32,340 nt of DNA from a virus (Duplodnaviria > Caudoviricetes): positions 1-32,340 of the IMG/VR virus record IMGVR_UViG_3300014656_000088; one strand, written 5' to 3'. Both the position numbers and the translations under genes were made by a program. Below, piece after piece: positions 8,664-18,451 of this stretch. The notes under the pieces are model-generated. The model had not been told where the DNA came from. It worked only from the letters and a program-made list of their open reading frames with translations, and did not search any database. The first letter of the stretch is position 1; each line of letters begins with the position of its first letter.

Positions 8664-10084
8664 TATGGTCTGAACTCCTTAGTGCTTCCATCTGGCAATT
8701 CGTAAACTGGATTCCCTGTTTTCTTTGACTTCCCGATTAGCTTTGAACCTTCGGGCACCTCTTGTGGTTGACCATGGGAAACGGCAAGCTCGGGGCGCGC
8801 CCCTGGACTTTTGGGAGGGATTTTAGCCCCCTTCCTTCCTAAAACTTGATTGGTTAAATCGCTATAGGTTTTTTCTACCTCCTGCAATTTGCGTATATAC
8901 ATCTCCTTTTTTTCGGGAGACAGCGATTTCCCAACCCTACCCGATAACAACAATGCAAGTATGTTTTCCCCCGGCTGACCGGACACGCTGATTTGTTCAT
9001 CAGGGGTCATATCAATCATCATCTGATTTTTAATATTCCCAATGTCCATAGAGTAAGCTGATTTTATATCTGTCATTGTTAGCTTCTCGCCTGCCGAAGT
9101 AGGTGGTGCCTTTGTTTTTCCCTTTCCGGGTCCACTGACCAATTTTCCGCCTTTATAAAAAGATACTCTACCCTGGTCGTCAACCTCGTAATGTTCTCCT
9201 TCTTTGGGTTCTGTCTTTGCCGCCCCCTTGCCCGAACCACTAATTAACTTACCATCCGCGAAGGTAGATACATTGCCCTCATTGTCAACAACATAATGGT
9301 GGGATGGTTCTTTTGGGACTCTATCTAGCCCATGCCAACTCTTTAATATTTTTCCTATCGTCTTAGGTTTTCCAGTTTCCTCGTCAATTGTTCCCTTTTC
9401 CGCTTTATAATATGCTTCCCATGTCGTCGGGATTTTCTCTTCCCCTATCTTCTTTTCTGTTTCCGCTATCTGCGCCTCAAGCAACCGTCTCCTGAGTATG
9501 TTGGTTGGTTCTTCACGTTCACGCCTAACTCGCTCACCATATGCTGCCCCACCCATTTGGGCTAGTCCTGCCCCCAACCTGCCACTCCATTCTCTAGGTG
9601 CAATCGCATGAGCCGCCGTTCCGGCAAGTTGAACAAACTGGTCCAAGGGCAAATTCCCTATAACTGGCTTCTTCCAATAATCCAGCAAACTATTTGCAGA
9701 CTTTTCTGGCACTGGTGCAGTTGTTGGTGCTGCCTGGTCTGGTCTTAATAGTGCATTCGGAGAAGTCGTTTCCGGCAAACCCGGTGCAACCACCGGTTCT
9801 ATCTCTGGAACTTGTAGCCTCCATCTATCAGATGAAACGGGAGGTTTTCTAAGTAACCAATTTGCCCCGGTATCCGTTGTGGCCTGGCCACCTTGCCCCT
9901 TCAATGCCTGTACGGTAGTAATAAGTTTCAACAGGGTATTCATGGTATTGTCGGGAGCATTCTCTGGTTGAGAAACATTCTCTGTCCCAGCATGTGGAGG
10001 AGGTGGTGTGTTGGGAAACACAGGTCCTTCCATTGGGTCAGGGATCCCCATAAATCTACGTCTTAAACTATAAAGTTCATTCAT
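8663..10084 (-). CDS. Putative ejection (DNA transfer) protein, positional equivalent of P22 gp20
   Basis: 473 aa between the gp7-like gene and the giant gene; TAATG coupling to the next gene; duplicated HY.VD..G.VS...GKL.SG.GKG module. Confidence 0.6.
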   Translation of the reverse strand: MNELYSLRRRFMGIPDPMEGPVFPNTPPPPHAGTENVSQPENAPDNTMNTLLKLITTVQALKGQGGQATTDTGANWLLRKPPVSSDRWRLQVPEIEPVVAPGLPETTSPNALLRPDQAAPTTAPVPEKSANSLLDYWKKPVIGNLPLDQFVQLAGTAAHAIAPREWSGRLGAGLAQMGGAAYGERVRREREEPTNILRRRLLEAQIAETEKKIGEEKIPTTWEAYYKAEKGTIDEETGKPKTIGKILKSWHGLDRVPKEPSHHYVVDNEGNVSTFADGKLISGSGKGAAKTEPKEGEHYEVDDQGRVSFYKGGKLVSGPGKGKTKAPPTSAGEKLTMTDIKSAYSMDIGNIKNQMMIDMTPDEQISVSGQPGENILALLLSGRVGKSLSPEKKEMYIRKLQEVEKTYSDLTNQVLGRKGAKIPPKSPGARPELAVSHGQPQEVPEGSKLIGKSKKTGNPVYELPDGSTKEFRP

Positions 10085-10104
10085 GCCTCTTTCCCTCTCT
10101 TTAA

Positions 10105-11058
10105 TTAAAAAAGACCTGATGCAAGTCCTAAGAGACCACCTATCCCGGCACCAAGCAAGGGATTCCCGGGGAATGCCATGGCCCCCATCGCAGCGCCAGA
10201 TAGCGCACCTGAAATAGCATTCCCAAACGGTGATGTCCCAGCAACATCTGTTTTGGTTGTAATCGCCCCCTGTAATGCTCCGAGAGCAGCCCTCTCATAT
10301 TCCAATACCGTAAAGGGCCAAAGCAGATTTTTAGCAGCCATAGTGTAATTATAATTGTCAACATCCATTTTTGCTGAATAATATAATTTCATAATTTCAG
10401 CGTATGACATGACAACTCCCTTGTTCCAATCAAGGTGTGTCTTCCACCTTTCTGAAGCAACGGGGATCATCTGATATTTTAATCCGGCACTGAATTTTGA
10501 TAGAGATTTAACCCTCGCATCTTCTATTACTGATTTTCCTACAACAAATGAACTACTCATAACTGAATTTATATCCCTTAATCCAACTTGGAATCGTGGC
10601 AAAACGTTGGTATCTATATCGTCGTCCATCATTGCTGCTTCAGCGGAGACAAGTTCATTTATTGCCGGAGCATTGACGGTATCCTCGAAGATTTGGCTGT
10701 ATAATACTTCAACGTCCAACCCCGCCATAAACTTCCCATAAATGTCATAAAGGGCCGGGAAACTACTTATGAGATACCCCGATCCAAAGAAAGCATCGTC
10801 AACTTCGATATCAGTATATCCATCAAAAGGAGAGCTACCTATAACTGCGGCACGGTTTGATGCAACCAAACCAAGAAAAGTTGAATGATAGGACTCAATG
10901 TAGGGAGCATACCTTATGGTAGTTTCTTGGTCCCCTCCACCGTTACCGCCCTTGCATAATGATGCCTCTCCTGTATATTCATATGACTCAGAATATGTCT
11001 CTTCATAAATCTGTTTTTCTTCAATCCATTCAAATTCAACCTTGGTATATATTCTCAT
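10105..11058 (-). CDS. Putative ejection/pilot protein, P22 gp7-like
   Basis: N-terminal YEYTGEASLCKGG-Gly motif and C-terminal Gly/Ala-rich hydrophobic segment; position after the gp14-like gene. Confidence 0.65.
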   Translation of the reverse strand: MRIYTKVEFEWIEEKQIYEETYSESYEYTGEASLCKGGNGGGDQETTIRYAPYIESYHSTFLGLVASNRAAVIGSSPFDGYTDIEVDDAFFGSGYLISSFPALYDIYGKFMAGLDVEVLYSQIFEDTVNAPAINELVSAEAAMMDDDIDTNVLPRFQVGLRDINSVMSSSFVVGKSVIEDARVKSLSKFSAGLKYQMIPVASERWKTHLDWNKGVVMSYAEIMKLYYSAKMDVDNYNYTMAAKNLLWPFTVLEYERAALGALQGAITTKTDVAGTSPFGNAISGALSGAAMGAMAFPGNPLLGAGIGGLLGLASGLF

Positions 11059-11498
11059 TACACACCATCCATATTAAGGGTAAACCTTCTGAGATTTTCA
11101 CGAAACCCTAACGTTTCTGTAAGTTGCCATACTCTTGGGTTTCTGGATTCAAAAGAAATACGCTTACATTGTTCATGTTTTGCAAACTCCTTTACGAAGT
11201 TAAAACCATCTTGCCATTCTTTATCGTCAACACTTTTCCAAGAATATAAAGCCTGTATAAGAAGGGATTTTCTGCCAGTGATTTTATCAATCATAATTCT
11301 TGTGATCAGCAACGCAAGAATCTTTCTTTCGTCGTCTAACTTTACAAAACATTGCGCCTTATCGCTCAATAACGCATGAAGTAGTTCATTAAAATAATGG
11401 GGCATATCCCCATTGTTTACCTCGTCTGCTTTCACACAGGCGAACTTGATTAACTCCCATGCCTGGGGGATTTGTGTACTTAACAACCTGATTATCAT
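11058..11498 (-). CDS. GNAT-fold tail assembly protein, P22 gp14-like by position
   Basis: 146 aa; FAKHEQCKRISFESRNPRV..LGF pattern typical of GNAT-like podophage proteins between nozzle and ejection genes. Confidence 0.55.
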   Translation of the reverse strand: MIIRLLSTQIPQAWELIKFACVKADEVNNGDMPHYFNELLHALLSDKAQCFVKLDDERKILALLITRIMIDKITGRKSLLIQALYSWKSVDDKEWQDGFNFVKEFAKHEQCKRISFESRNPRVWQLTETLGFRENLRRFTLNMDGV

Positions 11499-11534
11499 TT
11501 TACTTGACTTTTATATTCCTTTTGTGGTAGTATT

Positions 11535-12662
11535 TTAACTTGCATGAATCACACCATTTACCTTTAAATAATCCAATTCGAAATATTCATAAGCGAGTGT
11601 TTTCGCCCTTATTTTGAACTCCCTGCCAAAAGCAGTAATGGGAACACCCCCCCTTGGCGAAACAAGATACCATGGTGTTGTTGCAAACGCCCCCGCCATG
11701 TCTCTACGATAATCGATAGCGGAATATAAACCCGTCGTCAGGTCTGTCCCAAATTCAAGAGAGTAAATAGTTTTACTTTTCCGAGTACCCATATCGTAAA
11801 TGTCGGTGCAGATTTCAAAATGGTCTGCCACTATCGCTGTGGGGGAAACCACGTATAATGTTCCTCCTTGCGATCCTATACCAGTGATGTTGGGTTGACA
11901 CTTACCAAGACTCCCCGATGCTGGGCTGTAAACATACCCAACCGAGCCATCACAAATATAAACGAGATTGTTCAGATTATCATAAGACATCACAAGATTA
12001 TTATTCATCTGGGAAAGATATTCTGAATAATCAACCTTCTCCAACGATTCCCCAAGTTTCCACAATTGCCCCACAGTATCTATGAAAAAATGCCTTGCTT
12101 CATCTCCGGCAACAGCGTTTTTGCTTTTCAAACCTATCCTGTAAATGGTGTTGAGGCCATATGCGGTTCCCGCTGGAACGAGAAAGGATACTCCATTTTC
12201 TCCATAAGCAACGGTCTTGTTACCCAATTTCTTAATGGCATATACGCTCCCTTTCCAGTCAAGGGGTCTTTCTCCGGCAACATTACCTTTTCCTATTGTG
12301 AAGTCAAGATCCCCGATATTCGACCATTTAACCCAGTTTCCCTTAACGGCACTTGCAAAAGGAACGTAACCATCAAAGATGGCTGTCAATAACCCTGAAG
12401 TTACCACTATTGGAGAAGCAAGGACAACAACGGAATTTACAAAAGTAGCGGCAGTCGATATGGAACAGGTAACTACAATGGGACTGGCAACAATTGTTTG
12501 GTTGAGCCATATCCCAAGGATTTCCGTTGTTAATACAAGCACCCCCTGATCTTTATTGCCAAGCCGATCATAACCATAACAATCATAGGTTAGATCAAGG
12601 GCGGGATCTCTCGGAACCGTTACATAATAACCAGTTGGATACCAAAACGGAAACAACAACAT
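11535..12662 (-). CDS. Tail nozzle/DNA-stabilisation protein (gp10-like), C-terminal part
   Basis: VKWSNIG, AYGENGV, IGLKSKNAV, FFIDTVGQLW, TDIYDMG, GREFKIR motifs resemble the beta-propeller and C-terminal domain of podophage nozzles; position. Confidence 0.55.
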   Translation of the reverse strand: MLLFPFWYPTGYYVTVPRDPALDLTYDCYGYDRLGNKDQGVLVLTTEILGIWLNQTIVASPIVVTCSISTAATFVNSVVVLASPIVVTSGLLTAIFDGYVPFASAVKGNWVKWSNIGDLDFTIGKGNVAGERPLDWKGSVYAIKKLGNKTVAYGENGVSFLVPAGTAYGLNTIYRIGLKSKNAVAGDEARHFFIDTVGQLWKLGESLEKVDYSEYLSQMNNNLVMSYDNLNNLVYICDGSVGYVYSPASGSLGKCQPNITGIGSQGGTLYVVSPTAIVADHFEICTDIYDMGTRKSKTIYSLEFGTDLTTGLYSAIDYRRDMAGAFATTPWYLVSPRGGVPITAFGREFKIRAKTLAYEYFELDYLKVNGVIHAS

Positions 12663-12671
12663 ATCTTAACC

Positions 12672-13220
12672 TCAAATAGCTTCAAAATACGTACAGTTAA
12701 TCCTCCAGATGGTCTGAAGCTGTGCAGGAGCTACGACCGTAACTGCAACGGCAGCCGCAGTAGCTTTTAAAGGAGTTGTTGGGGTTAACTTAACAACCCT
12801 TACCGCCGATCCCCCAGCACCAACGACCTGTTCTGTAGTCCATGCAGGAGTCCCAGGGAGGTTTGTAGAAGTAATAATTACTCCAGCCCCAGCGGCTATA
12901 CCTATGACATTATATAATTTTACAATTTCAAGGTCAGTAATATGTATATATAATCCAGCAGCAGGAGCAGGAAGAGTTAAGATAGTCTCGGTATTTACAG
13001 CAGCAGTTACAGTGACCATCTTATCTGAGACAGGCTGTTTGATTGGTAATGGGTATGCTGTACTGGTATCTCTTGCATCGGCATCATCTCCGAAACATGC
13101 CTTTACCCGTTGAATTTTCACTCCAGTCGAAGCGGCGCCATTAAGAGTGGTTAATTCATCAGTGGCTATAGTATCACCGGCAGGAAGGGTATTTGGATTT
13201 ATTACAGTGTTATCAGCCAT
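12672..13220 (-). CDS. Phage tail accessory/minor structural protein
   Basis: 182 aa; MADN..GDTIATDE..QRVK..GDD..YPLP N-terminus seen in phage minor tail proteins; AGGAGG RBS. Confidence 0.55.
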   Translation of the reverse strand: MADNTVINPNTLPAGDTIATDELTTLNGAASTGVKIQRVKACFGDDADARDTSTAYPLPIKQPVSDKMVTVTAAVNTETILTLPAPAAGLYIHITDLEIVKLYNVIGIAAGAGVIITSTNLPGTPAWTTEQVVGAGGSAVRVVKLTPTTPLKATAAAVAVTVVAPAQLQTIWRINCTYFEAI

Positions 13221-13232
13221 AAGAACCTCCTT

Positions 13233-13970
13233 TTAAATGTATTTTTTATATGTTTTTCGATGACATTCTAAACATAAAACTCTACCATTGTTAATATTCC
13301 AAAATTCCTCACAATTTAATGCTTCTTCTAAGGTTTTAATCTTATTATCGCCAAATATATCTTTAAAACATTTAGGATGATGGTCTACCTCTATCCATCC
13401 TCCCCTTTTACCACATAAAACACAGGTATAATCGTCTCTTGTAAAAATATCCGAACGCCATTGTCTATATTCAAAGCATTTTCTTATTTGCTCTGTTAAT
13501 GGAGATAGTCCCCCTTTCCATTTCCAACTTTTTTCGCCTTTGCGAGATTCTGACATTTTTCTTTTAGTTTCTTTAGAATGACGTTTCCCTTTGTGAACTT
13601 CGCTTAACTTCTTTCTGGTTTCAATGGAATGATACCTGCCTTTCATGCCGACAACATGCCCTTTAAGCGACTTACTTATTTTTCTTTTGACTTCTTCGGG
13701 ATGATGTTTGCCCTTAAAATTACCAATTTGTCCCTTGTGACCTTCGGATATTTTCTTTCTGGTTTCATCAGAAGGACGCATACCCATATGAGCTATACTT
13801 ATTTTCCTTCTGGTTTCTTCAGAATGATGTTTACCTAAAAATTTTTTATTACCTTTAGCTGCTTCACCCATTTTTCTCTTGGCTTCTTCAGAGTGATGCC
13901 TGCCTTTACTGGCCTCGCCTATTTTCTTTTTCGTTTCTTCTGAATGAATATGCCCTTTTCTAAATATCAT
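13233..13970 (-). CDS. HNH homing endonuclease with NUMOD3 repeats
   Basis: Repeated HSEE(T/A)KRK(I/M)S units; RDDYTCVLC..EVDHH..NGRVLCLECH. Confidence 0.9.
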   Translation of the reverse strand: MIFRKGHIHSEETKKKIGEASKGRHHSEEAKRKMGEAAKGNKKFLGKHHSEETRRKISIAHMGMRPSDETRKKISEGHKGQIGNFKGKHHPEEVKRKISKSLKGHVVGMKGRYHSIETRKKLSEVHKGKRHSKETKRKMSESRKGEKSWKWKGGLSPLTEQIRKCFEYRQWRSDIFTRDDYTCVLCGKRGGWIEVDHHPKCFKDIFGDNKIKTLEEALNCEEFWNINNGRVLCLECHRKTYKKYI

Positions 13971-14401
13971 GCGATTCTGAATTCAAGGTTGCTGATTGTT
14001 GCGATTCCACCATCAACCTGGGTCTGCTCTCCCCCGAAGTCCACGTAGCCTATTATCGGATCGGCTGTGGGGGCGGCAACCGTATCGTCAAAAATGATAG
14101 CCCCAGGAGTCGGCCCTATCGACCCACCCGCCGCAGTCCAGGCGGCATTGGCCCAAGTAACCTCTGTTCTGTCGTCTGTGTCGTCTTCGGTTACGGCTAC
14201 ACCAGTGAGTACCTTCGTGTTCTGGGTATAACCGAATCCAGTTGCAAGTTCACTTGCCGACACATCCGCATAGCCATGGTGGGTATCTATGTTAAATGTA
14301 AAACCTGATGCCATGAGAATGATTTTGAATGAATCATTCGCAAAGTCAATTACCTTGCTTGCCAGTAGAAATTTGATTTTGTTCGAAGCGGTTGAAGCCA
14401 T
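13967..14401 (-). CDS. Phage minor tail/fibre-associated protein
   Basis: 144 aa; DF.NDSFKIILM..H..YADV..E....GY..W..IGYVDFG pattern of a widespread small tail-appendage family. Confidence 0.65.
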   Translation of the reverse strand: MASTASNKIKFLLASKVIDFANDSFKIILMASGFTFNIDTHHGYADVSASELATGFGYTQNTKVLTGVAVTEDDTDDRTEVTWANAAWTAAGGSIGPTPGAIIFDDTVAAPTADPIIGYVDFGGEQTQVDGGIATISNLEFRIA

Positions 14402-14448
14402 TTCTTATTCCTCCTTTATTGCAGTAGGGGTGGTAAATTTCTTAACTG

Positions 14449-15396
14449 TCACCATCCTGACCTTGCAGCCATGCCATATCTCGATCTCTGGTCATCATAC
14501 CATTCGGCCCATTCAGCCAATGTTGGAACGTAAGCATTGTAAATGATGGTATCCCCGAAAGAACACTGTGAACCATACACACCCTCACCACCCCCCGTTG
14601 CTTGGGTTGATCCAAAACCAGCACCAACATGGATATATAATAACTCTTGTGCGATTGTTGTGATGGTTAAGGCAGTTGTTAAAAGAGTCCCATCAGACTT
14701 TACAGCCCTTCCATAATTGGTTGAATCAATAAAATAAAAATACCAACTCCCCTTATCAGCAGCATTCGCTATACTTCTACCTGTATCAGCCCTTCTTAAA
14801 ATAATGTTATTCACATTACCATTCCAAGGAATAAGACTGGAGCCATACATATTATAAGTCAAATGCAAATTCAAACTAAGGCCACCCGTATCGTCTGAAG
14901 TTGATATTCTTTGAACAAACTGTCCAAAACCATGCCCTCCGTTTGCAGCAGCATATAATGTTCTTTGTGGAGCAAGTAGAGCATAAGCATGATTTGTAAT
15001 AACTCTATCTGTTACACTACCAAACCCAGCCAGGAAACTCCAAAAATCAGCACCACTTTGAATATTATAGACGGTAAGGTCCGGGAGCAACCCTCCCCCA
15101 AGCGAACCATCTGTTGCAGAATTTACTGCAACCGTTCCTTCTCCCTCATTAAACTTATACCAACCGATAAGATACTCATCATTCGGTGGTACATAGTCTG
15201 GAGTTGGTGGTACATAATTCTTAGTCCAATAACCACACGGTTCATGGGTAGGTGTTATGGGCATATCGCTACCTTGAGCCATTGACCATACGGGACTTGC
15301 ATAGGTAGCCATATGATCGCCTTCATTATAAGAAGGCTTCTGTGCTTGTAGGTTAAATCCCCAGGGGCCTAAGTTTTTGTCGTCTTTCCAGCCCAT
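14449..15396 (-). CDS. LamG/concanavalin A-like domain protein, putative receptor-binding protein
   Basis: LIGWYKFNEGEGTVA.NS motif, GSWYF, and FGDTIIYN..L..EW near the end. Confidence 0.65.
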   Translation of the reverse strand: MGWKDDKNLGPWGFNLQAQKPSYNEGDHMATYASPVWSMAQGSDMPITPTHEPCGYWTKNYVPPTPDYVPPNDEYLIGWYKFNEGEGTVAVNSATDGSLGGGLLPDLTVYNIQSGADFWSFLAGFGSVTDRVITNHAYALLAPQRTLYAAANGGHGFGQFVQRISTSDDTGGLSLNLHLTYNMYGSSLIPWNGNVNNIILRRADTGRSIANAADKGSWYFYFIDSTNYGRAVKSDGTLLTTALTITTIAQELLYIHVGAGFGSTQATGGGEGVYGSQCSFGDTIIYNAYVPTLAEWAEWYDDQRSRYGMAARSGW

Positions 15397-15938
15397 TATG
15401 TGTATGTCCCTAGTTGCGTTGTCGTTAAAGCAATCGGATCAGCCTTAACGGTTAAACTTGCCCCAGGGATGGTTGTATCGGGAGCGCCAACCAACACCTG
15501 TCCTTGGAAATTGCATATCGAGGCCGCCGTAGGCAATGTCGTTACTGTGGAATAAACCTTAGAAATAGAGTCCCTTATTACGGCAACCTTGCCATTTGAA
15601 AGATAAATAAAATCAAATCCATCCAAGGCTGTCCAGGTAGAACCTGGAGTAGTCGTTAATTTCAAAACTAATGCACCAACCACCCATTCAAAAATTTTGG
15701 TCTGTGAGCATACTATAATCACGTTAGTCAAGATGAATAGTTGTGGATAAGGAAAAGAGTCTGTAATAATAGCGGTATCCATTCTTGTTAGTTCATCGAG
15801 CGTACAAAGAACGTTGTTTCGCCCAACCGCACCCTTGCATTCTGTCAAAAATCTGCTGTTTCTGGGCGCTCGCTTACTTGGCCGCAATCCCCTCGATAAC
15901 TGTTCGGATGTTATCGTAACTGAAAAACTTCCATCCAT
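15396..15938 (-). CDS. Tail nozzle-like protein, putative N-terminal part
   Basis: 180 aa; short beta-strand blades (FIYLSNG, ICNFQGQVLVG); sits in the gp10 slot shortly after the gp4-like gene. Confidence 0.45.
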   Translation of the reverse strand: MDGSFSVTITSEQLSRGLRPSKRAPRNSRFLTECKGAVGRNNVLCTLDELTRMDTAIITDSFPYPQLFILTNVIIVCSQTKIFEWVVGALVLKLTTTPGSTWTALDGFDFIYLSNGKVAVIRDSISKVYSTVTTLPTAASICNFQGQVLVGAPDTTIPGASLTVKADPIALTTTQLGTYT

Positions 15939-16658
15939 TTATCTTATTCCTACGTTTAATTTTAATGATGGCTGAAAATGTTCTTCGAGTTTTGCCCCCT
16001 TACTTATATTCTTTTTAATCTCTAAAGGTTGTAAATTTTTCATCGACCAGCATAATCTAAAATCTATATGTTCTGGTTTATCAAAGCTAAAAACAGCGAT
16101 TGGTATCTTATGGTCAATTTCCCAAACCGTCCCATAATTATCCCAATTCATTTCGGGAGTAAAAAGTTTTTCAAGATGCTTCTTTAATTGGTCAATGGTA
16201 AAATTAACAAGAGATTCCCAATGACGGCCAGCCTTGGAACCTTTTCTGAGGGAATTATAAATACCGCTACTTATGTTATCATTCAGTCTTCCTTTTAAGG
16301 TGTTCCTAATTTTTGCTGATGCCTTTTTTAAAATCATTTTTACTTTTTCGGGATTATTAATCTGCCATTGCCGATTTTGTTTAAGAAGCTTTTTTTTATT
16401 TTGAATATAATATTGCCGACTATATTCAGGATTTTTAGCATGACTCTTTCGTCGGCTTTCACGACATTCCTCAAGATGCTCAATATAATATTTGCGTTTC
16501 CTTGCATGTTCCCGTTCTATGTTCTTAATGTGCCTTCCATGAGCATATTCACATCTACATTTTTTGCATATTGAAGATACACCGTTTTTGCCACGTTTGC
16601 ATATAGCAAATTCCGTTAACAGTTTTAATTCCTTACACTTAGTGCACCTTTTCATCAT
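15939..16658 (-). CDS. HNH homing endonuclease with N-terminal Zn finger
   Basis: KRCTKC..CKKC; MNWDNYG..WEIDHKIP..NLQPL..N..KG. Confidence 0.9.
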   Translation of the reverse strand: MMKRCTKCKELKLLTEFAICKRGKNGVSSICKKCRCEYAHGRHIKNIEREHARKRKYYIEHLEECRESRRKSHAKNPEYSRQYYIQNKKKLLKQNRQWQINNPEKVKMILKKASAKIRNTLKGRLNDNISSGIYNSLRKGSKAGRHWESLVNFTIDQLKKHLEKLFTPEMNWDNYGTVWEIDHKIPIAVFSFDKPEHIDFRLCWSMKNLQPLEIKKNISKGAKLEEHFQPSLKLNVGIR

Positions 16659-16661
16659 CTA

Positions 16662-17042
16662 TCAAATTTCTCCATGGGGATTCACTTTATCAGCTTCCAA
16701 TATATCCAACCCTTTAAGATTCCGGTCTGGTTTTGGATTAACATTCTCCATATTGAGACTCTTCATCGTCAGTATCCTTTGGCGTATCTCTGGAACCGAC
16801 TTTTTAAGGATATCCTCATATGTAACCAGAGGATTCTTACCCTCAACCATTTCAACGACACTTGCAACAACATTTTTCTCATTTTTAAACTCCGGGTAGT
16901 CCGAATAAAACTTTTGGTTAATTTTATGTAAGGCCGCATGAGAACTCATTAGGTTCCCTATCACTTCGGGAATTAACAACAGGGTTCTCTCGACTGCGGC
17001 ATTAATAATTTCGTCACGTTCTTCTTGAGTCATATTTTTCAC
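16662..17042 (-). CDS. Hypothetical phage protein
   Basis: 126-aa ORF overlapping the stop of the adaptor gene by 4 nt. Confidence 0.6.
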   Translation of the reverse strand: MKNMTQEERDEIINAAVERTLLLIPEVIGNLMSSHAALHKINQKFYSDYPEFKNEKNVVASVVEMVEGKNPLVTYEDILKKSVPEIRQRILTMKSLNMENVNPKPDRNLKGLDILEADKVNPHGEI

Positions 17043-17743
17043 CCGGCATTAATATCATATCCACCATTACCACCAATAGGTAGAGATACCCTTATTGGCT
17101 CCACCTGATTTGAGGCATTCAATATGACCAGAGCATCGTAACCATCCGTTGCTACCCTTACCGCCTCGGCGGACATTGAAACTCCATATTCAGGAGCAAT
17201 ACGGATAGCGAGGTTATAAATAATCGGTTCTTCGTAGTTCGGAGGAAACGCTATTGTATCTGCAACGGTAGCAAAAGAACTTGTCTCAGTAAAAGGTTTC
17301 ATGCTCTCAAGGTGCATAACCTCTACATCTTGGGGGGTAGGATAAAGGTAAATCGCTCCAAGTGGATAGAGCGGATGATAGAAAAGATATTCGGGTCGGC
17401 CTGCGGTCGCTTTTGCAGAAATACTTCGGTATTCTCCTTCTGATACAATTCGAACAGGATGGTCTAGCGCACCAGAATCCCTAACAAATGCACCGATGAC
17501 TTGATGCGGCCGTGTCGTGGCTATGTCCCCACCCACCCCCCAAGTGTATAAGGACTGCGTAGGGACAAGACTAAAACTCTCCTTAATGGAAGCAAACACG
17601 AGAATCCGTTTTGATGCCCACGATCTGAGCATTGACTGTAAGGCTTCTAGGGCTTCTGCTTGTCTTGCAGTTTCGGGAGTCTCACCGGAGCTAAGGACCC
17701 CGGCTTTCCTCATGGCACTTTTTATTAAGGTCGAGACAATCAT
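17039..17743 (-). CDS. Head-to-tail adaptor (P22 gp4-like packaged DNA stabilisation protein)
   Basis: LIKSAMRKAGVL..GETP..ALEALQSMLRSW and FPPNYEEPIIYNLAIRIAPEYG motifs. Confidence 0.85.
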   Translation of the reverse strand: MIVSTLIKSAMRKAGVLSSGETPETARQAEALEALQSMLRSWASKRILVFASIKESFSLVPTQSLYTWGVGGDIATTRPHQVIGAFVRDSGALDHPVRIVSEGEYRSISAKATAGRPEYLFYHPLYPLGAIYLYPTPQDVEVMHLESMKPFTETSSFATVADTIAFPPNYEEPIIYNLAIRIAPEYGVSMSAEAVRVATDGYDALVILNASNQVEPIRVSLPIGGNGGYDINAG

Positions 17744-17746
17744 AGG

Positions 17747-18352
17747 TTATCCTTTACTCTTAAACCTGTGCATCCTTTTGAGATGGTTATTTAAAGCCTT
17801 TAACGGATTGGCATAGTCTTTTGAAGCAAAGATCATACCACAGAGAGTACAAAGTCGAGGTCCAGGGGGATTCTTTGCCTCTTCGTACTCTTTCAACCGT
17901 TTTTCCTCTTCCTTTCGCTCAACCTCTAAACGCTTTTCCTCAGCCTTCCGTTCATCCGTTAATCGTTTCTCTTCCGTTTTCCGTATGTCTTCAAGACGAT
18001 TTGCCTCAACCTTATCGGATTCGGCCTTCAGAATGTCTGCCCTGATCTGATCTTCAGTTTTGACTGGTTCAACGATTACTTCCTCTTTAACCTCATCCAT
18101 CTTCCCCGCTTCTAACCGTTTTTGCGCTTCCCATACCTTTTCATATCCAGGCAATAATCTCGCCTTCCCAGGTTGGTCTACCCATCCCTCTGCGTCTAAT
18201 TTATCAAGTTCCGCATCGGTCTTACATAACCTGTTAGGAAAATCTTTATGGAACCGCCAAGCAGGAGCACGAAGATTTACGACAGGGATATGTTCTTCAG
18301 TAGCGGTTTTAACGGGGACTCCCGATCCAAGAAGAATATTTTTCGATGCCAT
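17747..18352 (-). CDS. Hypothetical protein with charged coiled coil and C-terminal C2H2-like zinc finger
   Basis: EEKRL repeats; CTLC...HLKRMH. Confidence 0.6.
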   Translation of the reverse strand: MASKNILLGSGVPVKTATEEHIPVVNLRAPAWRFHKDFPNRLCKTDAELDKLDAEGWVDQPGKARLLPGYEKVWEAQKRLEAGKMDEVKEEVIVEPVKTEDQIRADILKAESDKVEANRLEDIRKTEEKRLTDERKAEEKRLEVERKEEEKRLKEYEEAKNPPGPRLCTLCGMIFASKDYANPLKALNNHLKRMHRFKSKG

Positions 18353-18413
18353 GACTATCCATCCCTTGATCTAAATCTAATTACAACAACATGTTCTCAA
18401 AAGAATTGTAGTT

Positions 18414-18447
18414 AATGAAAGGTGGGTTTTTAAGTCCACCTTTCATT
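18414..18447. terminator. Stem-loop downstream of the fibre gene
   Basis: Perfect 12-bp inverted repeat AATGAAAGGTGG/CCACCTTTCATT; no strong U tract. Confidence 0.5.
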
Positions 18448-18451
18448 TCAT

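Noticed and set aside
13233-16658. Group I introns housing the HNH genes
   Set aside because: The HNH ORFs abut their neighbours with only a few nucleotides of spacing, leaving no room for an intron core
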